Assembly: GCA_951406725.2 (NCBI GenBank) | Contig: OX597822.1 | Location: forward strand, 112,902,001 to 112,966,000 | Length of the DNA stretch: 64,000 nucleotides | Reading direction: 5' to 3' | From: Octopus vulgaris | Lineage: Eukaryota | Shown: positions 13,973 to 29,494 of the stretch, piece by piece | Layout: each line of letters opens with the position of its first letter | How positions within the stretch are numbered: the first letter of the stretch is position 1 | The notes under the pieces: generated by a model | What the model saw: only the letters and a program-made list of their open reading frames with translations | Told to the model about the DNA's origin: nothing | The model's database searches: none | Program-made: the position numbers and the translations under genes

Positions 13973-14066
13973 CAGGCTTTGCTATACAATGATGACCTAT
14001 CTGCAACTGACGGCAAGAAAATATGCACCGGTGAGGCAAATATATCAGGATGCGAGGATGTTGTCG

Positions 14067-14067
<1 letters not shown>
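13973..14067 (+). repeat. Second copy of the 95-bp (TAA)n-tailed segment
   Basis: Matches 11727-11821 inverted. Confidence 0.9.
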
Positions 14068-14112
<45 letters not shown>

Positions 14113-14126
14113 CAATAATAATAATG

Positions 14127-14187
<61 letters not shown>

Positions 14188-14207
14188 TAACAACAATAAT
14201 AATAATG

Positions 14208-14254
<47 letters not shown>

Positions 14255-14261
14255 AATAATA

Positions 14262-14411
<150 letters not shown>

Positions 14412-14965
14412 GAGTGAGTGAGCAGAGCATGCCATCAAAGTGACACTGGGGTAAAATATACGAAGCCCAGTATACCCATCATGACTACCCGTCTGATAAG
14501 GGTACACCAGGCACATGCATCACAACCATATGTGCGCGACATGGTGATCTCATATCAAGATAAACAGCACATGACCTTGCAGGTGGAGCCCAGTTAGAAT
14601 TTTCTTCAGATCGAGTAACCCATACCGCTCAAAAGGTCCCTGAATAAGGGTTGTTTAAGGACGTTGAACGAAACACCCATGCTTCCAGAGGTGAATTATT
14701 CAAACCCCAAAGAATCCTTCTCAACACATGGCTATGATGCTCCCCCACTACTTCTGCTCGTGATCAGAGATGCACATATCGTCAGCCACTAAGGGACATG
14801 CTCAACTGGTTAAGGTCAAACAACTGACAAGCAAATCTGTTGTATTGAGCAGAATATTTGCTGTAGCCCATCTTTTATACCAAGACAAAACAATGTACAT
14901 GATAACACTTCCAATCAGTTAAGATCAGAAGCCATGAGAGCCACTGCCTGGTACTGCATCAGGGC

Positions 14966-14968
<3 letters not shown>
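14412..14968. mobile_element. About 560-bp non-coding element embedded in (TTA)n; probable non-autonomous TAA-targeted retroposon
   Basis: Sharp junctions with TTA repeats on both sides; no ORF. Confidence 0.55.
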
Positions 14969-15050
<82 letters not shown>

Positions 15051-15179
15051 GTTATATATAAAGAAAATTCATACTTTGAAACGAAAATATTACGGTAGGC
15101 AGAATTAAACTGAGAAGAAATTTTTCACACACGTGCATAAATATACAATCCATACCATTATGAATATATGTATCCGGAG

Positions 15180-15216
<37 letters not shown>

Positions 15217-15219
<3 letters not shown>

Positions 15220-15440
15220 ATATTAGGGAATAAATCCAAACTTACAGGGAAAAATGAGATTTAGGATTAAATCCAATTTTATAGTATAAATATATTATAT
15301 TATATTAAATTAGAGATAGAACCACTATTAGGCAAATCAAACAGTGAAAAACATAAGCTAATACATAAAATTAATTTTAAAATATAAAAGTTAAAAAAAA
15401 AAAATTATTTAAATAATTTAAACTTATAAATTTTATATAT
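15217..15440. mobile_element. AT-rich terminal repeat of a (TA)n-associated, probably Penelope-related family
   Basis: ATTAAATTAGAGATAxAACCACTAxTAGGCAAATCAAACAGTGAAAA also at 32652, 63674 and inverted near 55005-55050. Confidence 0.65.
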
Positions 15441-15614
15441 ATATACTAATATATATATATATATGTATGTATGTATATTTTTACATTTATATATTATTTA
15501 ATTAATTAATTAATTAATTAATGACCGAGAAGAGCAAGTATAGGAGAGAAGAAACAGAGTGGCGTGTGTCTCTGTGTGCAAGATGATGGATGTATATATA
15601 TATATATATATATA

Positions 15615-16611
15615 CAGGATGGGTGAAAGTAAGTAGGCATTAAAAGTTGGTAATAAAACCCATATTGCTTTTACAAATTTATTGAAACAAATGATACATG
15701 TTCTTCATTACATGGGAAAATGAAAGTAAACCTTCATATTTCAACATAAGAACAGGTAGCATCAACCAGTTCCTCAAATGGCCAAAGACAGAATGGACAA
15801 CCTTCTGAAAAACGTCGTCTGGGATATCATTGAGGACCTCCTGAATCCGTGTCTCCAAGTCCGCCACCGTGTGAGGTTTGGCCTTGTACACCTCTTCTTT
15901 TGTGTAAATCCACAGGTAAAAATCACATACAGTGAGATCTGAACTTCTTGGGGGTCCTTCAGGAGGTCCGCGTCGTCCCATCCAGCGTCCAGGAAAATGC
16001 CGGTCTAACCACGCACGCACAGTAAAAGCAAAATTGGGTGGTGCACCATCCTGTATGAATATCAGGTCACCCATGTTATCCCAGCCAATCTTCATGCCAA
16101 CCTAGCATTAACTCTCCATATTCCATTCTGTGGTCAGAGTCTTCGGGATTTAGCTCCTGCACGAAATGGGATTTTCACGAACAGAAATTCAATTCTTCAT
16201 GCAACACCGTAGTATTGCGTGTCTGTTGTTAATCCACTTTCATGAACTGCTTGACATGTTGATTTTTGTGGTCTGCAATTAAAAATCTTTCCTGCACTTT
16301 TGCCATGTCTTCGCTAATCGGGACGTGGTTGGGGGGGGGGGGGCACTTCTTTTTGCATCGTTCACAGAGCCCGTGGTCATCAGCTTTGCATGACAACATT
16401 TTATTGTCTCCAGACGTAGTGTTGCATGCATACCTTTCCATGCACGCCAGCATCTCTGAACCCAAACAATGGAATTCCACATTTCATAGCGTGCCATCCG
16501 GAAAATAATAAATAAGAGAATAAGAAAATAAGAAATCCATTTTGGTGTTGTCTGTGGTATTACAAATTCTAAAAGCAATTTCTAATGCTTAGTTACTTTC
16601 CACCCACCCTG
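15615..16611 (-). mobile_element. Deleted Tc1/mariner-superfamily DD41D (rosa-type) transposon
   Basis: TA-flanked TIRs CAGG(A/G)TGGGTG..AAAGTAA; QDGAPP...PPRSSDLTVCDF with 41 residues between the second and third D. Confidence 0.9.
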
Positions 16612-16855
16612 TATATATATATACATACATAAAACATACATAGTGCATGCATACATGCATGCATGCATACATGCCTGCATACATACATACATACATACAT
16701 ACATACATACATACATACATACATACATACATACATGCATACATGCATGCATACATACATACATACATACACACATACATACATACATACGTACATACAT
16801 ACATACATACGTACACACATACATACGTACAAACATACATAAAACACATACATGC

Positions 16856-16893
16856 GTGGATTTGGTAGACGGAAACTGAAAAGAAGCCCGTCG

Positions 16894-16942
<49 letters not shown>

Positions 16943-17150
16943 ATATGTTTGTATGTATGTGTTTGTTCCCCAACATTGCTTGACAACCGATGCTGGTGTG
17001 TTTACGTCCCAGTAACATAGCGGTTCGGCAAAAGAGACCGATAAAATAAGTACTAGGCTTACAAAGAAGGGGTCGATTTGCTCGATTAAAGGCGGTGCTC
17101 CAGCATGGCCACAGTCAAATGACTGAAACAACTAAAAGAGTAAAAGAGTA
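16856..17150 (+). mobile_element. SINE family B, 3' part
   Basis: Matches other family B copies. Confidence 0.85.
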
Positions 17151-17441
17151 GTAACTGACAATTTCTGAACACTCATTTTTATAATCTCTTACCTCTCTCT
17201 TCCCTCTCTTGTACTCTCTTTTCCATTATGGATTTTTATCTTCCTCTTCTCTTTCACAATCACTTGGGTGTATTTAGTGTTTTTTTTAAATTTTCACTAA
17301 AGTCAACATGTTGTTTATCTAATGTTTTATTTTTATGTTTATCCCCTTTACTTGTCGTCCAGCTTAGTTTTACCTCTATTCTTTCATTTTCTCTTTCTTC
17401 CTTTATATACAGTCTATCACTCTTTTTCTCTTTCTTTTTTC

Positions 17442-17660
17442 TTTATTGCCCACAAGGAGTTAAACATAGAGGGAACAAACAAGGACAGACAAAGGGATTA
17501 AGTCGATTACATCGACCCCAGTGCGAAACTGGTAGTTAATTTATCGACCCCGAAAAGATGAAAGGCAAAGTTGACCTCGGCGGAATTTGAACTCAGAACG
17601 TAGCGGTAGGCGAAATACCGCAAAGCATTTCGCCCGGCGTGCTAACGTTTCTGCCAGCTC
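17442..17660 (-). mobile_element. SINE family C
   Basis: Matches other family C copies. Confidence 0.9.
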
Positions 17661-17953
17661 CCTTAACTTACTCCCTGTTTTATGTTTCCTATCACCTTTT
17701 CGCTTTCCCTTTCTCTTGTTTCTCAATCCGTCTTTATCTTTCTTTGCCAGTTGCTTTTTTTTTCTTCCTAATTCCCTCACAAAACACTTATAACTGCCTT
17801 GACATCTACATCTACCCAACTATGGATGTTTGTTCTCTGTAACATAATGCAATAAAGAATTCTCTGATGATCTGTTGTGGTAAAGCACATGTAATTTCAT
17901 ATACATACATACATGCATACATATATATATATATTACACATACATACATACAC

Positions 17954-18033
<80 letters not shown>

Positions 18034-19389
18034 GCATAAATACATACATACACACATACGTGCACATACACACGCGCGACACACACACACATACATATCT
18101 CTGTGTGTGTTCACGTGTATGTGTATGCGGGCACATTTCTCCTTTATATTATGCAATTTTATGCACACGGGTTCACGAGTACATACATACATACACAGAC
18201 ACTCATACACAAAAATATACGTATGTATACATACACACATAAATACACGCGCACACATTCATATATATCATTTCTCTTCTATATTATACAATTTCATATA
18301 TATACAATCATACATTCATACTGACGCACACCCATATTTACACACCGCTATAAGTACTTCGACTGTGGGTATCACACACTCACATAAAAAAAACATATGG
18401 CGTTTTATATAAAAACACATACACATATATATATACATATATGTTTGTGTGTATTTGTATTTATGTATGTAAACAACATCATAAAAATTATTCGAATTAC
18501 TTGTTTTATCAATGGTGCTTGTACTTTTTATTACCAAGTTTAGAGCCGCTGCTTCCTAAAAATGTTTTTGTTTTCAACTATAAATCATATTCCTCTATTT
18601 CAATTTGGATCTTAACATTAATGATTATGGCTAACAGAGAATGCAAGATAGATTTGCTTATTTTTGCAAATGGTTACCGCAGAAGTTTAGTAACTTAAAG
18701 AATTCAAGATACGACACCGACTGTACGTTGGAATCTTCATTAGTCACAAAGATAAACCTTATGGAACTCATAAAACACGGTGAAGCTTTCTGACCAGTTC
18801 TGAAGGGCAAAAGTGCATAAATAATATTACAAAATAGGGCGACAGTCGGAATATAATTGATGGCTAATTCAGCTTTTGAATAAAATTACACATACATACA
18901 TATATACATACATACATACCCGCATAGATACAAACATAAATATGTGAATGTGTGTGTATGTGTATGTATTTATGTGTGTATATGTGTGTGTGGGGGTGAT
19001 TACATGTGTTTGTGTTAAAGACAAGTGAGACAGACAAGAGGCAAAAATATAGAAAAATAAGACCGTTTTCGTAATTGCTGCAAAACATTGCATGTATTTT
19101 AATAGAAATAAAACATCTGAGCATATAGAATGATTGTGATGTGATACTGATGTTTATCCAATTCAGCTGAAGGGTGCATAGGTAGAATTAATTGCCCTAA
19201 CAAAGATGACTGGTAGGTTGACAAGAACAATGTGAAGCGGACGCCCCTTATTTGCCTGCGGCTGGATATGAATTCATCGCTTCATGTTATCTGTCCTGTC
19301 ATATAATATACACTGTGATATACAATATATAAACTATTAATGAACCTACAGTGATTCAAGGCTAGGTGTGTGTGTGTGTGTGTGTGTAT

Positions 19390-19912
<523 letters not shown>

Positions 19913-20029
19913 CATATACATATATATATATATATACACACACACATTTAAACACATAAGGAATCCACTCGTGGGATTCAATATATATATATATTCCCTG
20001 TATGCATGTGTGCATATTTATAACTATAT

Positions 20030-20408
<379 letters not shown>

Positions 20409-21351
20409 TAATGGAAGCTAAACGCGTCACTCCCGGCGCAGCAAACTTACTGAAATCGGATTAGTCAATTAGTTAAGTGGGCATTGACGTGACTGATGGT
20501 CAACAACAAATGGTGGTACGCTATAGAAAGCGCGATTTAAGCAGAATCAATAAAGTTTAGCAAAGAAATAGCGATAGAACATAGCTTAGAGTGCGACCGC
20601 ATTAAAACTTAGAAGAAAAGTATTGCATTCGAGGGCGTGAGGAAAGTTTCACCCTTGACCAATTTTTCAACGCAAAGAGCAAAGCGTACATTTTTCTATG
20701 TCACTCTAAGGCACAAAAACTGATCGTTGGGTGAAGTGCAACACAATAGAACCACGGTTTGGTCTTTGGTGGACCATAATGGATCAATTCTATCCAAGTA
20801 CGAGTAGATGTGTACGGCATTTCAGCTGCAATTCGCTCAGCTGTTCAGATGAATGGCGGGCCAGAATGCCATGGATTTCAGCGCCTACTTCGACAGCCTG
20901 ATGCAACCCTCAACAATGAAGGCTTTGTCGCTTCTGTATGTACTGGCTTTAATGCCAATACTATGACAAGTGGAGACGTAGAGGAGGATTCCGCGTGAAC
21001 TAGTACGTGGGAGAAGTGTGTTGGCATACGCAGATGGCGTTACCATCATGTTGTCGGACAGCAGACACATAGAGTTAAACAGCACTGCTCGAAGAATATA
21101 CGTTATGGAAATAAGAGCAAAAACCAACTTAGAAAAGTTAGCGTACCTGCAGTTCAGCACGTGCTGGGCGGCACCATGCAGTCTAACAGCGCTATGGCAC
21201 GCTGGATGGGCGGATCAGTTAAATCGCTAGATGTCTGATTTGGTCCAGATGGAGAACTGGGACGAGGTGGTTAGCGGAGTAGCCGATCACTCTCTGAAGT
21301 GGGCCGAGAGAAAGATATTCCAGAAAGGTCGGGCATAAGCAGAAAACGCAA

Positions 21352-21745
21352 GTGGAGGCGCAATGGCCCAATGGTTAGGACAGCGGACTCGCGATCGGAG
21401 GATCGCGGTTTCGATTCCCAGACCGGGCGTTGTGTGTGTTTATTGAGCAAAAACATCTAAAGCTCCACGAGGGGGTGGTGGCGACCCCTGTTGTACTTTT
21501 TCGCTCCAACTTTCTCTCACTCTTTCTTCCTGTTTCTTGTTCCCGACATCCTACGCAACCGCTGAGCCTGGATGCGCATTCATCCACCCAACGATGCTCT
21601 CGGTGTCGGGGGTTGACCTGCGTTCTCTTCTGTGGGTCTTACGAATAGCAAAGGACCAAGTTTCGGACTTCTCCCCTACAGAGGCGCGATCTTGCGAGCT
21701 CTGGGACGAAGACCGCTTCGCTCAACAGGAACAGCAACAGCACCA
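21352..21745 (+). mobile_element. SINE family A with tail type 3
   Basis: tRNA head; tail shared with 45618-45985. Confidence 0.9.
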
Positions 21746-22102
21746 AACGCATATATTGCCTTCGTCGGAAATAATTGCCTGGCTTTTAACCTTTTCACTG
21801 TAACCGCACTGGGGTGTCTAATTTCCCGCTTTCTATGGAAGGGACACGTTCCAAAGACCAACTGTTCCATGTGGTGTCAACACCTGCCGAGTGCAAGACT
21901 AGGTAAGCCGTGGTTGATGAAGTGCTGACATGCACTGAGGCTACGACGTCTCCAGTTTCCTCTTAATTTTGGTGTGGTTGGTTTCTGTTAGACTCGCTTT
22001 TCTGAAGCTCGTCTCTTGGACAGAGCTGCAGTCTTGAAGCAAAAGTAAATAGAGACCGGACGCATAACAGTTAGAGAGCCGTCAGTTGAGCAATACGGTC
22101 GG

Positions 22103-22395
22103 TGTGAAGGCACATGGCCTAGTGGTTAGAGCAGCAGACTCGCGGTCGAGGGATCGCGGCTTCGAATCTCAGACCGGGCGATGGGTGTGTTTATGAGCGA
22201 AACACCTAAGCTCCACGCGGCTCCGGCAGAAGGCACCTCTGTTGACTCTTTCCCCACAACTTTCTCTCACTCTTTCCTCCTGCACCTTGCAGCTCACCTG
22301 CGACGGACCGGCGTCCAGTCCAGGTGGGGAACCTATACGCCAAGGAAACCGGAAAACCGGCCCTTACGGGCTAGGCATGGCTCGAGAAGGAACAA
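22103..22395 (+). mobile_element. SINE family A body with tail type 2
   Basis: tRNA head; tail shared with 10221-10462. Confidence 0.85.
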
Positions 22396-23222
22396 AAAAA
22401 AGAAACGGTTGGTGGAAGTTTTACTTTGGTATTCTAGAGAGGCAAGAGCGACGACTTTTTCGGAGAGACTAACGTCAACGAAAACCAACCAGCTGGTGTT
22501 TTACAAAAGAAACTCATCGGGCTTGAAAATGCTATCGGTTGAGCCTGGCTAAACATGTGCACACAGTGAGAAAATGTTCTGCATACCCACGTCCAGCGCC
22601 CGAGCATTGCTTTATGTGTAGGACAGATCCAACTATTGCGCGTAGGACAGATCCGACTATCGACCGAGTCTGCTGAGGATAACGTTCCATCGCTTTTCTT
22701 AGCAAAGAAGGACAGTGGTCGTCTGTCTGATGGCTTTAGCGAAAGAGGCTGTGTGGTGGACAAAACTGAAATAACTGAAGAGAGATACTTTCCTCTTTGG
22801 CCCCATTACCTTTTTCAAGTTTCACTTGATAGGGCAAGTGTAGCTGAAGAGGGATGTGCAGCCATCTAGCATATTTGTTGAAGGGTGGGTGAGTGTGGCA
22901 CAAATAGTTTAAGCGAAGGGTTCTGCCTTGAGCATGCACCTATAGAATGAGGGAGGAGGAGGAGGAGGAAAGAACATTCATCCAAGTTGTGAGATTGGCC
23001 GTTGTTTTATCAGGATTACTCCAGGAGACCTTGCAGATCTTACGCCCTTTAGAGGAATTTTCGGGCTTGAACTTTTTGCTTCTTTGTTTTTGCTATTTAA
23101 CTCTTTACACGCCTTCATATAACCCTATATCATATCGTACCGTATATTATTGTGTTGAGTCGTCTTGTACTACCATCGATCTTCGATCTTTGTTTAAAGC
23201 TTAAGTGATTAGTATAGAAACC

Positions 23223-23233
23223 GTCATCATCAC

Positions 23234-23281
<48 letters not shown>

Positions 23282-23340
23282 CATCATCCTCATCATCCTC
23301 ATCATCACCATCATCATCATCATTATCATCCTCATCATCC

Positions 23341-23375
<35 letters not shown>

Positions 23376-23439
23376 TTCATCATCTTCATCATCATCATCA
23401 TCATAATCGTATTAATCATCATCATCGTCATCATCATCG

Positions 23440-23471
<32 letters not shown>

Positions 23472-23481
23472 GACATCGTCG

Positions 23482-23534
<53 letters not shown>

Positions 23535-23563
23535 GTCGTCGTCGTCGTCGTCGTCATCATCAT
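23223..23563. repeat. (CAT)n/(CGT)n microsatellite
   Basis: Direct reading. Confidence 0.95.
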
Positions 23564-24842
23564 TGTCTGACATGTTAGAGTCCAAAACAAATACCTTGTG
23601 GCACCTGTTCATATTCTTTCTATTCAGTTCAAATCCTGCCAATATGAACTTTGCTTTTCATGCTTTCGAGGTATATAAAATAAAGTACCAGTGAAGTACT
23701 GGTCGATGTTCTCGACTAACGCTCCAATTAAAAATTTGTTTATCTTTTTTTTACACACATTAGAAATAATAATCAATATTATGGGTGATGAATTGAAAGA
23801 ATAATAATTAGGAAGTCGGATTAAATGCCTTATGGTATTTTCTTGCACAGTTCGAATTATAGGGAACCCTTTAGCCACATCAGAATTCAGCATTGAAAAT
23901 GATGCTTGGTTACAGAAAGTGTTTCGAATTTTCACCTTCTTTTCTCACACCTGTCAATAACCAATATATATATTTACATGAATTGGCATTTTTATTTAAC
24001 CAGTTTGTATTAATGTTGATGTATTTATTATTTATAGGGTGTTATGTTGAGTTAATGTTATATAAACCCAATTAGCCTAATAAGGGCACTATATGAAATT
24101 AGTAAACTAAAAATCTAGACAATGCATTTTGATCAAAATTAAGATCAAATGAGCTGATGAACCTAAATGTTTGATTGATTGATCGAACGATAAATCAAAT
24201 CATCGATTAGTTAATTTATCAAATACTTGATTTGTTAACTAGTAATAATGAAAAACTGAAATAGAATCAGTGCACGTATTTCTTACTGGTATAATGATTC
24301 TCCACAGGTACAACAAAATGTGTTTCAAAACACGATTTCACATCAAAAATCTTACAAACCAAATACAAAAGACAATTATAAGGCAACATTTATAATATAA
24401 TGTAACTTACATATAAAAAGAAGTTTTGTAATATTTTTATAATTTTCAGCTCGAATTCTGCGAGGTTGACTTTGCCTTCCATCCTTTCAGGGTCGATAAA
24501 AAGAATACCAGTTGAGCACTGGTGTCAATCTAATTGACTCACCTCCTCCACCAAACTTGATGGCTTTGTACCAAGCTTTGAAATCAATATTTCTATAAGT
24601 TATTGGTTTGTAATGTATATACACCAATGATAAACATAAGTATATACTTTTAACAACATTGCAAAAATGGAGAGCATTAGAAAGGCAGATAAAATTGTTC
24701 ATATGTCTAATGAACGTTTAACATTTCAGTCTACATACAGCACTTACGCATGGATAAAAATACTTTATTAAGAAAACCTCGTTTGAAAGTAAGAACGTAA
24801 ACATGTACTGTTGTGAGCCTAGAAATTAGTATGCTTAATATC

Positions 24843-25076
24843 TATTTCTTTACTACCCACAAGGGGCTAAACATAGAGGGGACAAACAAGGACAGACAAA
24901 CGGATTAAGTCGATTACATCGACCCCAGTGCGAAACTGGTACTTAATTTATCGAGCCCGAAAAGATGAAAGGCAAAGTCGACCTCGGTGGAATTTGAACT
25001 CAGAACGTAACGACAGACGAAATACCGCTAAGCATTTCGCCCGGCGCGCTAACGATTCTGCCAGCTCGCCGCCTTA
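24843..25076 (-). mobile_element. SINE family C, full length
   Basis: AGGCGGCGAGCTGGCAGAATCGTTAG head, GAGTTCAAATTCC B box. Confidence 0.9.
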
Positions 25077-26066
25077 AGTATGATTAATATATTCAGGTCG
25101 TTTCTGTCGCCTACATCTTCATTACAGTAACGTTTAGAGGAAACAAAACAGTAGAGAAGAAAGGAAACAGTATGAGAGAGGAAAGTTACAGAAGATGCAG
25201 AAATGCAGTTTGCAATATTTAAATGCACTGAAACTAGTTTTATAATGTCTCCATTTAAAAATATTTCAAACATTAAAAATTACAAGTGTAATTACAAAAT
25301 TGTATTTGAAATATTTTAACAGTTTTTTTTTAAAGCATCCGCATATTTCTTATTAAATCTATTTGACAAGTGTAGTGTCTCTATCATCTAATCTTCTGAA
25401 TTTGATTTTCATTCCTTAAAGTTCCTTAAGGCTTTACGTCCCTCATACAGACTAGAGAAGGCTGGCAAAGTCAAAAAGTCCCACATAGTTCTCAGCAGGG
25501 TGCATTAAAGAATTGAGGCAGAGTTGTGCTTTGAGAGTGACACGTGAGGCCTGTGTTGTCTAATTAGCTGTTGGCATTTCTAAATTTGCACACTGCATAA
25601 GTCTCCTCCAAGAATCAGCATGGCGTCCACGCAACGCACCGTCTCCAAGTGTTCACTTCCGGCGGAGGTTGGCAGTAATTACCATTTGCGTAAAGGCAAG
25701 AGAATTGCCAATATTGGTTTTTCAACCCACGACGCTGTTTAGAGAATTATAAAGGATAACGAAGTGTAATCGGTAGCTATAGAAATGCGCAAATATACGT
25801 GCGTAGAATAAAGATTGCCATAAATAAATATCTGCATGCCTATTTATACGTATTAATATTCATTTATATTTTTATAAATGAGTGCATCTCGTACACGAAT
25901 ACGAGCCTTTATGAATACATATGTATACATACATATACACATCCACACTAATGATAATACCTATATATTTAATTGCGGAACACATTGTATATACACATTG
26001 GAAATCTCCTATACATTATGTATACGTATAAAGTCATGTATGTAGATATATGTGTATCTATATAAA

Positions 26067-26383
26067 TATCTACAGATATTGTTATATTTCGGAATGGTCA
26101 TTTTGCCAGTTTAGCCAATAAAAACACACGCACTATATATTTGGTGTTATTTTGCTTCAGTGTTATTTATTTTTTACATTAATCTTAATCTTATTTCGGC
26201 CAGATTAAGATTAATGTAAAAATTAAATAACACTGAAGCAAAATAACACCAAATATATAGTGTGTGTGTTTTTATTGGCTAAACTGGCAAAATGACCATT
26301 CCGAAATATAACAATATCTGTTTCAACACACGACTTCACATAAAAAATCTTCAACAACAAATATTTAAACGTATCTATAGATA
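26067..26383. mobile_element. Fold-back element 2 (120-bp arms, tail, 12-bp TSD)
   Basis: Arms 26072-26191 and 26202-26321; TATCTAYAGATA at 26067-26078 and 26372-26383; tail homologous to that of element 1. Confidence 0.85.
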
Positions 26384-26384
26384 G

Positions 26385-26419
<35 letters not shown>

Positions 26420-26599
26420 TATATAATCTTATCCAAGTAGATCGGTACGCTAAAATAACATTTTTAAGAAAAATTATACAAATATTCTATAATTATAAAC
26501 ATAATTATAATTAGGGGTCAGCTTCACCGTGCACCGAATTTAGTAATAGGAGTTAAAATTCCTTTTCTGCTACCATAAAGATCTCCCAGATAGTAACAC

Positions 26600-26660
<61 letters not shown>

Positions 26661-26661
26661 G

Positions 26662-26727
<66 letters not shown>

Positions 26728-26745
26728 TGTATATATATACAGCCG

Positions 26746-26847
26746 ACAACTGATGAAGGGCCGTTCTTTGTGTTACTTGTCTTGTTTTCCATTTGTTTCT
26801 CTTGTTGCTTGCGTATGTTAATATTACCGTTCGAAACGATCGTATGT
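26746..26847 (+). ncRNA. Degenerate type I hammerhead ribozyme with long stem II loop
   Basis: CTGATGA 26750-26756, GAAA 26833-26836, palindromic CGATCG, TA, weak stems I and II. Confidence 0.5.
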
Positions 26848-26973
26848 GCGGATTAAAATTTTATAAAAGCTTTAACAACTTCTCTCCATCTTTAATTATT
26901 TGTTGAGTTTCATAGGATACGTGTTCTATAAAAGCTCATAACACACCTTATATATATATATATATATATACAT

Positions 26974-27139
26974 AGGCGCAGGAGTGGATGTGTGGTAAGT
27001 AGCTTGCTTACCAACCACATGGTTCCGGGTTACTGCGTGGCAACCTTGGGCAAGTGTCTTCTACTAAAGCCTCAGACCGACCAAAGCCTTGTGAGTGGAT
27101 TTGGTAGACGAAAACTGAAAGAAGCCTGTCGTGTATATG

Positions 27140-27170
<31 letters not shown>

Positions 27171-27372
27171 CTGAGTTTGTCCTCCCAACATCGCTTGACA
27201 ACTGATGTTGGTGTGTTCATGTCCCAGTAACTTAGCGGTTCGGCAAAAAGAGACCGATAGAATAAGTACTGGGCTTACAAAGAATAAGTCCTGGGGGTCG
27301 ATTTGCTCGACTAAAGGTGGTGCTCCAGCATGGCCGCAGTCAAATGACAGAAACCAGTAAAAGAGTAAAAGA
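26974..27372 (+). mobile_element. SINE family B, full length
   Basis: Matches 12088-12492. Confidence 0.9.
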
Positions 27373-27947
27373 ATACTAGCAAACGCATCCCGTCCTTTGA
27401 ACGGTTTAAATTGCTCTGGTGGCATTTTTTTCACCAAATAATTGAACTGCTGAGAAGGTTTATGAGTAGCATGGCAATCTATGTTTCCGATTAACTTAGG
27501 AACGGAAAATCAAATTGAAGGGTGGTTATTGTAGATGTCGCTGCACTTTATTGATCACAGAACATATACATTTTACGTTTTGTTTCTATGTATTTTGTAT
27601 TGTGTGTAAGAAAAAAACCTGATGCGGGGAAATGTCAGTTTCGAAAATATGAAATGTATCATATTAATTGGCGCGTCTCCGAATAAATTTGTGATTTTTG
27701 TAATTTTGGTTTTTCTGTATTTCTGTAAGCCCTTTTATGTTTTATTATCCCAAATTTTTTTATTATGCCAATGTTTTATAACTTTAAGTGTAAATTCACT
27801 GTGTTTTGTATGTAAAACTGCACTGATTCTTATATGTTTATATATATTATATGATTTTTATCTATTTATATTGTTTGTGTTTGTTTTTTGTTTGTTTTTG
27901 TTTTTCCAGTTTCAGCTCTTGAGCTGTGGCCATGCTGGGGCACCGCC

Positions 27948-28102
27948 ATTGTGGTGAAAGAGTACAGCAGGGATCACCACCCCCTGCCGGAGCCTCGTAG
28001 AGCTTTTAGGTGTTTTCGCTCAATAAACACACACAACGCCCGGTCTGAGAATCGAAACCGCGATCCTGCGACCGCGAGTCCGCTGCCCTAACCACTAGGC
28101 CA
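27948..28102 (-). mobile_element. SINE family A, head and body only
   Basis: Matches 4500-4660. Confidence 0.85.
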
Positions 28103-28276
28103 TATATTATTATATTTATATATGTCGAATTTTATATCCGTTCTGTAGATATAAATGAATATATGAATATATGTATGTATTTGATCTTTGTGTGTGGATC
28201 TTAGTAATGTTCCTTTAGTTCCTGCTCGCATTGCCTCCAATCAAATTAAGAAGTGGAATATAGCTCATTTGTAAAA

Positions 28277-28501
28277 TATAGGGATTTTCATAGAAGAAAA
28301 GCACCTTTTTGATGTAAATAATTTTTAGTGTTAACATGGTCCGATTTGAATTTTATCTTCTACGGAAGGAAGCGCAAGCCTTCTTCTATCATACGCTCAA
28401 TTTTAGTCAACTTGCGCAGCAGGGTCTCGGAAGGAGATAGTGTTAGTTGAAAGCTACCAAACCTGCCATAACACAGACAACTTCAGCTTTATATATATAG
28501 A
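28277..28501 (-). mobile_element. 5' part of the Helitron family at 13169
   Basis: Matches about 13327-13551. Confidence 0.8.
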
Positions 28502-29494
28502 TGTGTGTGTGTGATTGCGTGCATGTGTACGTGCGTGCGTGTGTGTGCGTGTGTGTGTGTGTGTGTGTGTCTGTGTGTCTGTGTGTCTGTGTGTGTGTGT
28601 GTGTGTGCAGATAATGTGTATACTTTACGAATCAGATTTGCAACTAGGAGTTTCTAACGTTTTGAACCAGTACTGTATTAAGGGGTGCAATAGGGGTACT
28701 TAGAAGAGGTAAATAATTTACTGTTGCGCATGTGTAGGAGGGAAGTGTTCTGAGAGAGTAAATTGATAGGCGAGGGGAGGTTTTAGAGGGGAAAGACAGG
28801 GAGAAGGAAGAGAAGAGTTTGTAAGGGTAGTTTGATTCGGTGACAAGGCGAACGACTGCGACAAACAACTTGTCAATAACTTCTTTCACGTCTACGCCTG
28901 TTTATACACACACAAAAGGAAAGAATGCATAGTCCGGCTGCTGCTGCTGGCTGGATTATGTTCACCCATAGAGCGCGCACACACGCCGATACACACACAC
29001 GCACGTACACACACTCGCACGCATACACACGAACACACACACACACACACACACGCACACACACGCACGCACACGCCCTCACACACACATACACGCACGC
29101 ACGCACACACACACGCACCCTCACACACACATACACGCACGCACGCACACACACACGCACCCTCACACACACACATACACGCACGAACACACACATCCTC
29201 ACACACACATACACGCACGCACACACACACACGCGCGCGCGCGCGCGCGCAGATGTTTGCACAAAGTCAGATATGTAGTTGGTCGGTAGTTTTTCGCCGG
29301 GTGAGATACCAGGAGGTTACCATTTTTGTTTCTGCCAGCGCTAACCACCTTCGAATGATTTTCGTCTACATTGAGGGCTTGTTGGTGAAGATCAATGAGT
29401 CATCTTTGGCAAAACATTAACTGTTTATCTCAGTATCCGACAATCAAGTCCCTTCCTCGTACGTAACTATTCAGAAGTTCTTAAAAAGCTATAT

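Larger units (their letters stand above)
20540..22930 (+). mobile_element. Highly degenerate L1/Tx1-like LINE ORF2 relic interrupted by two SINEs
   Basis: LAYADGVT (degenerate YADD), FLWKG, LGKP, HALRLRRL motifs scattered across frames. Confidence 0.55.
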
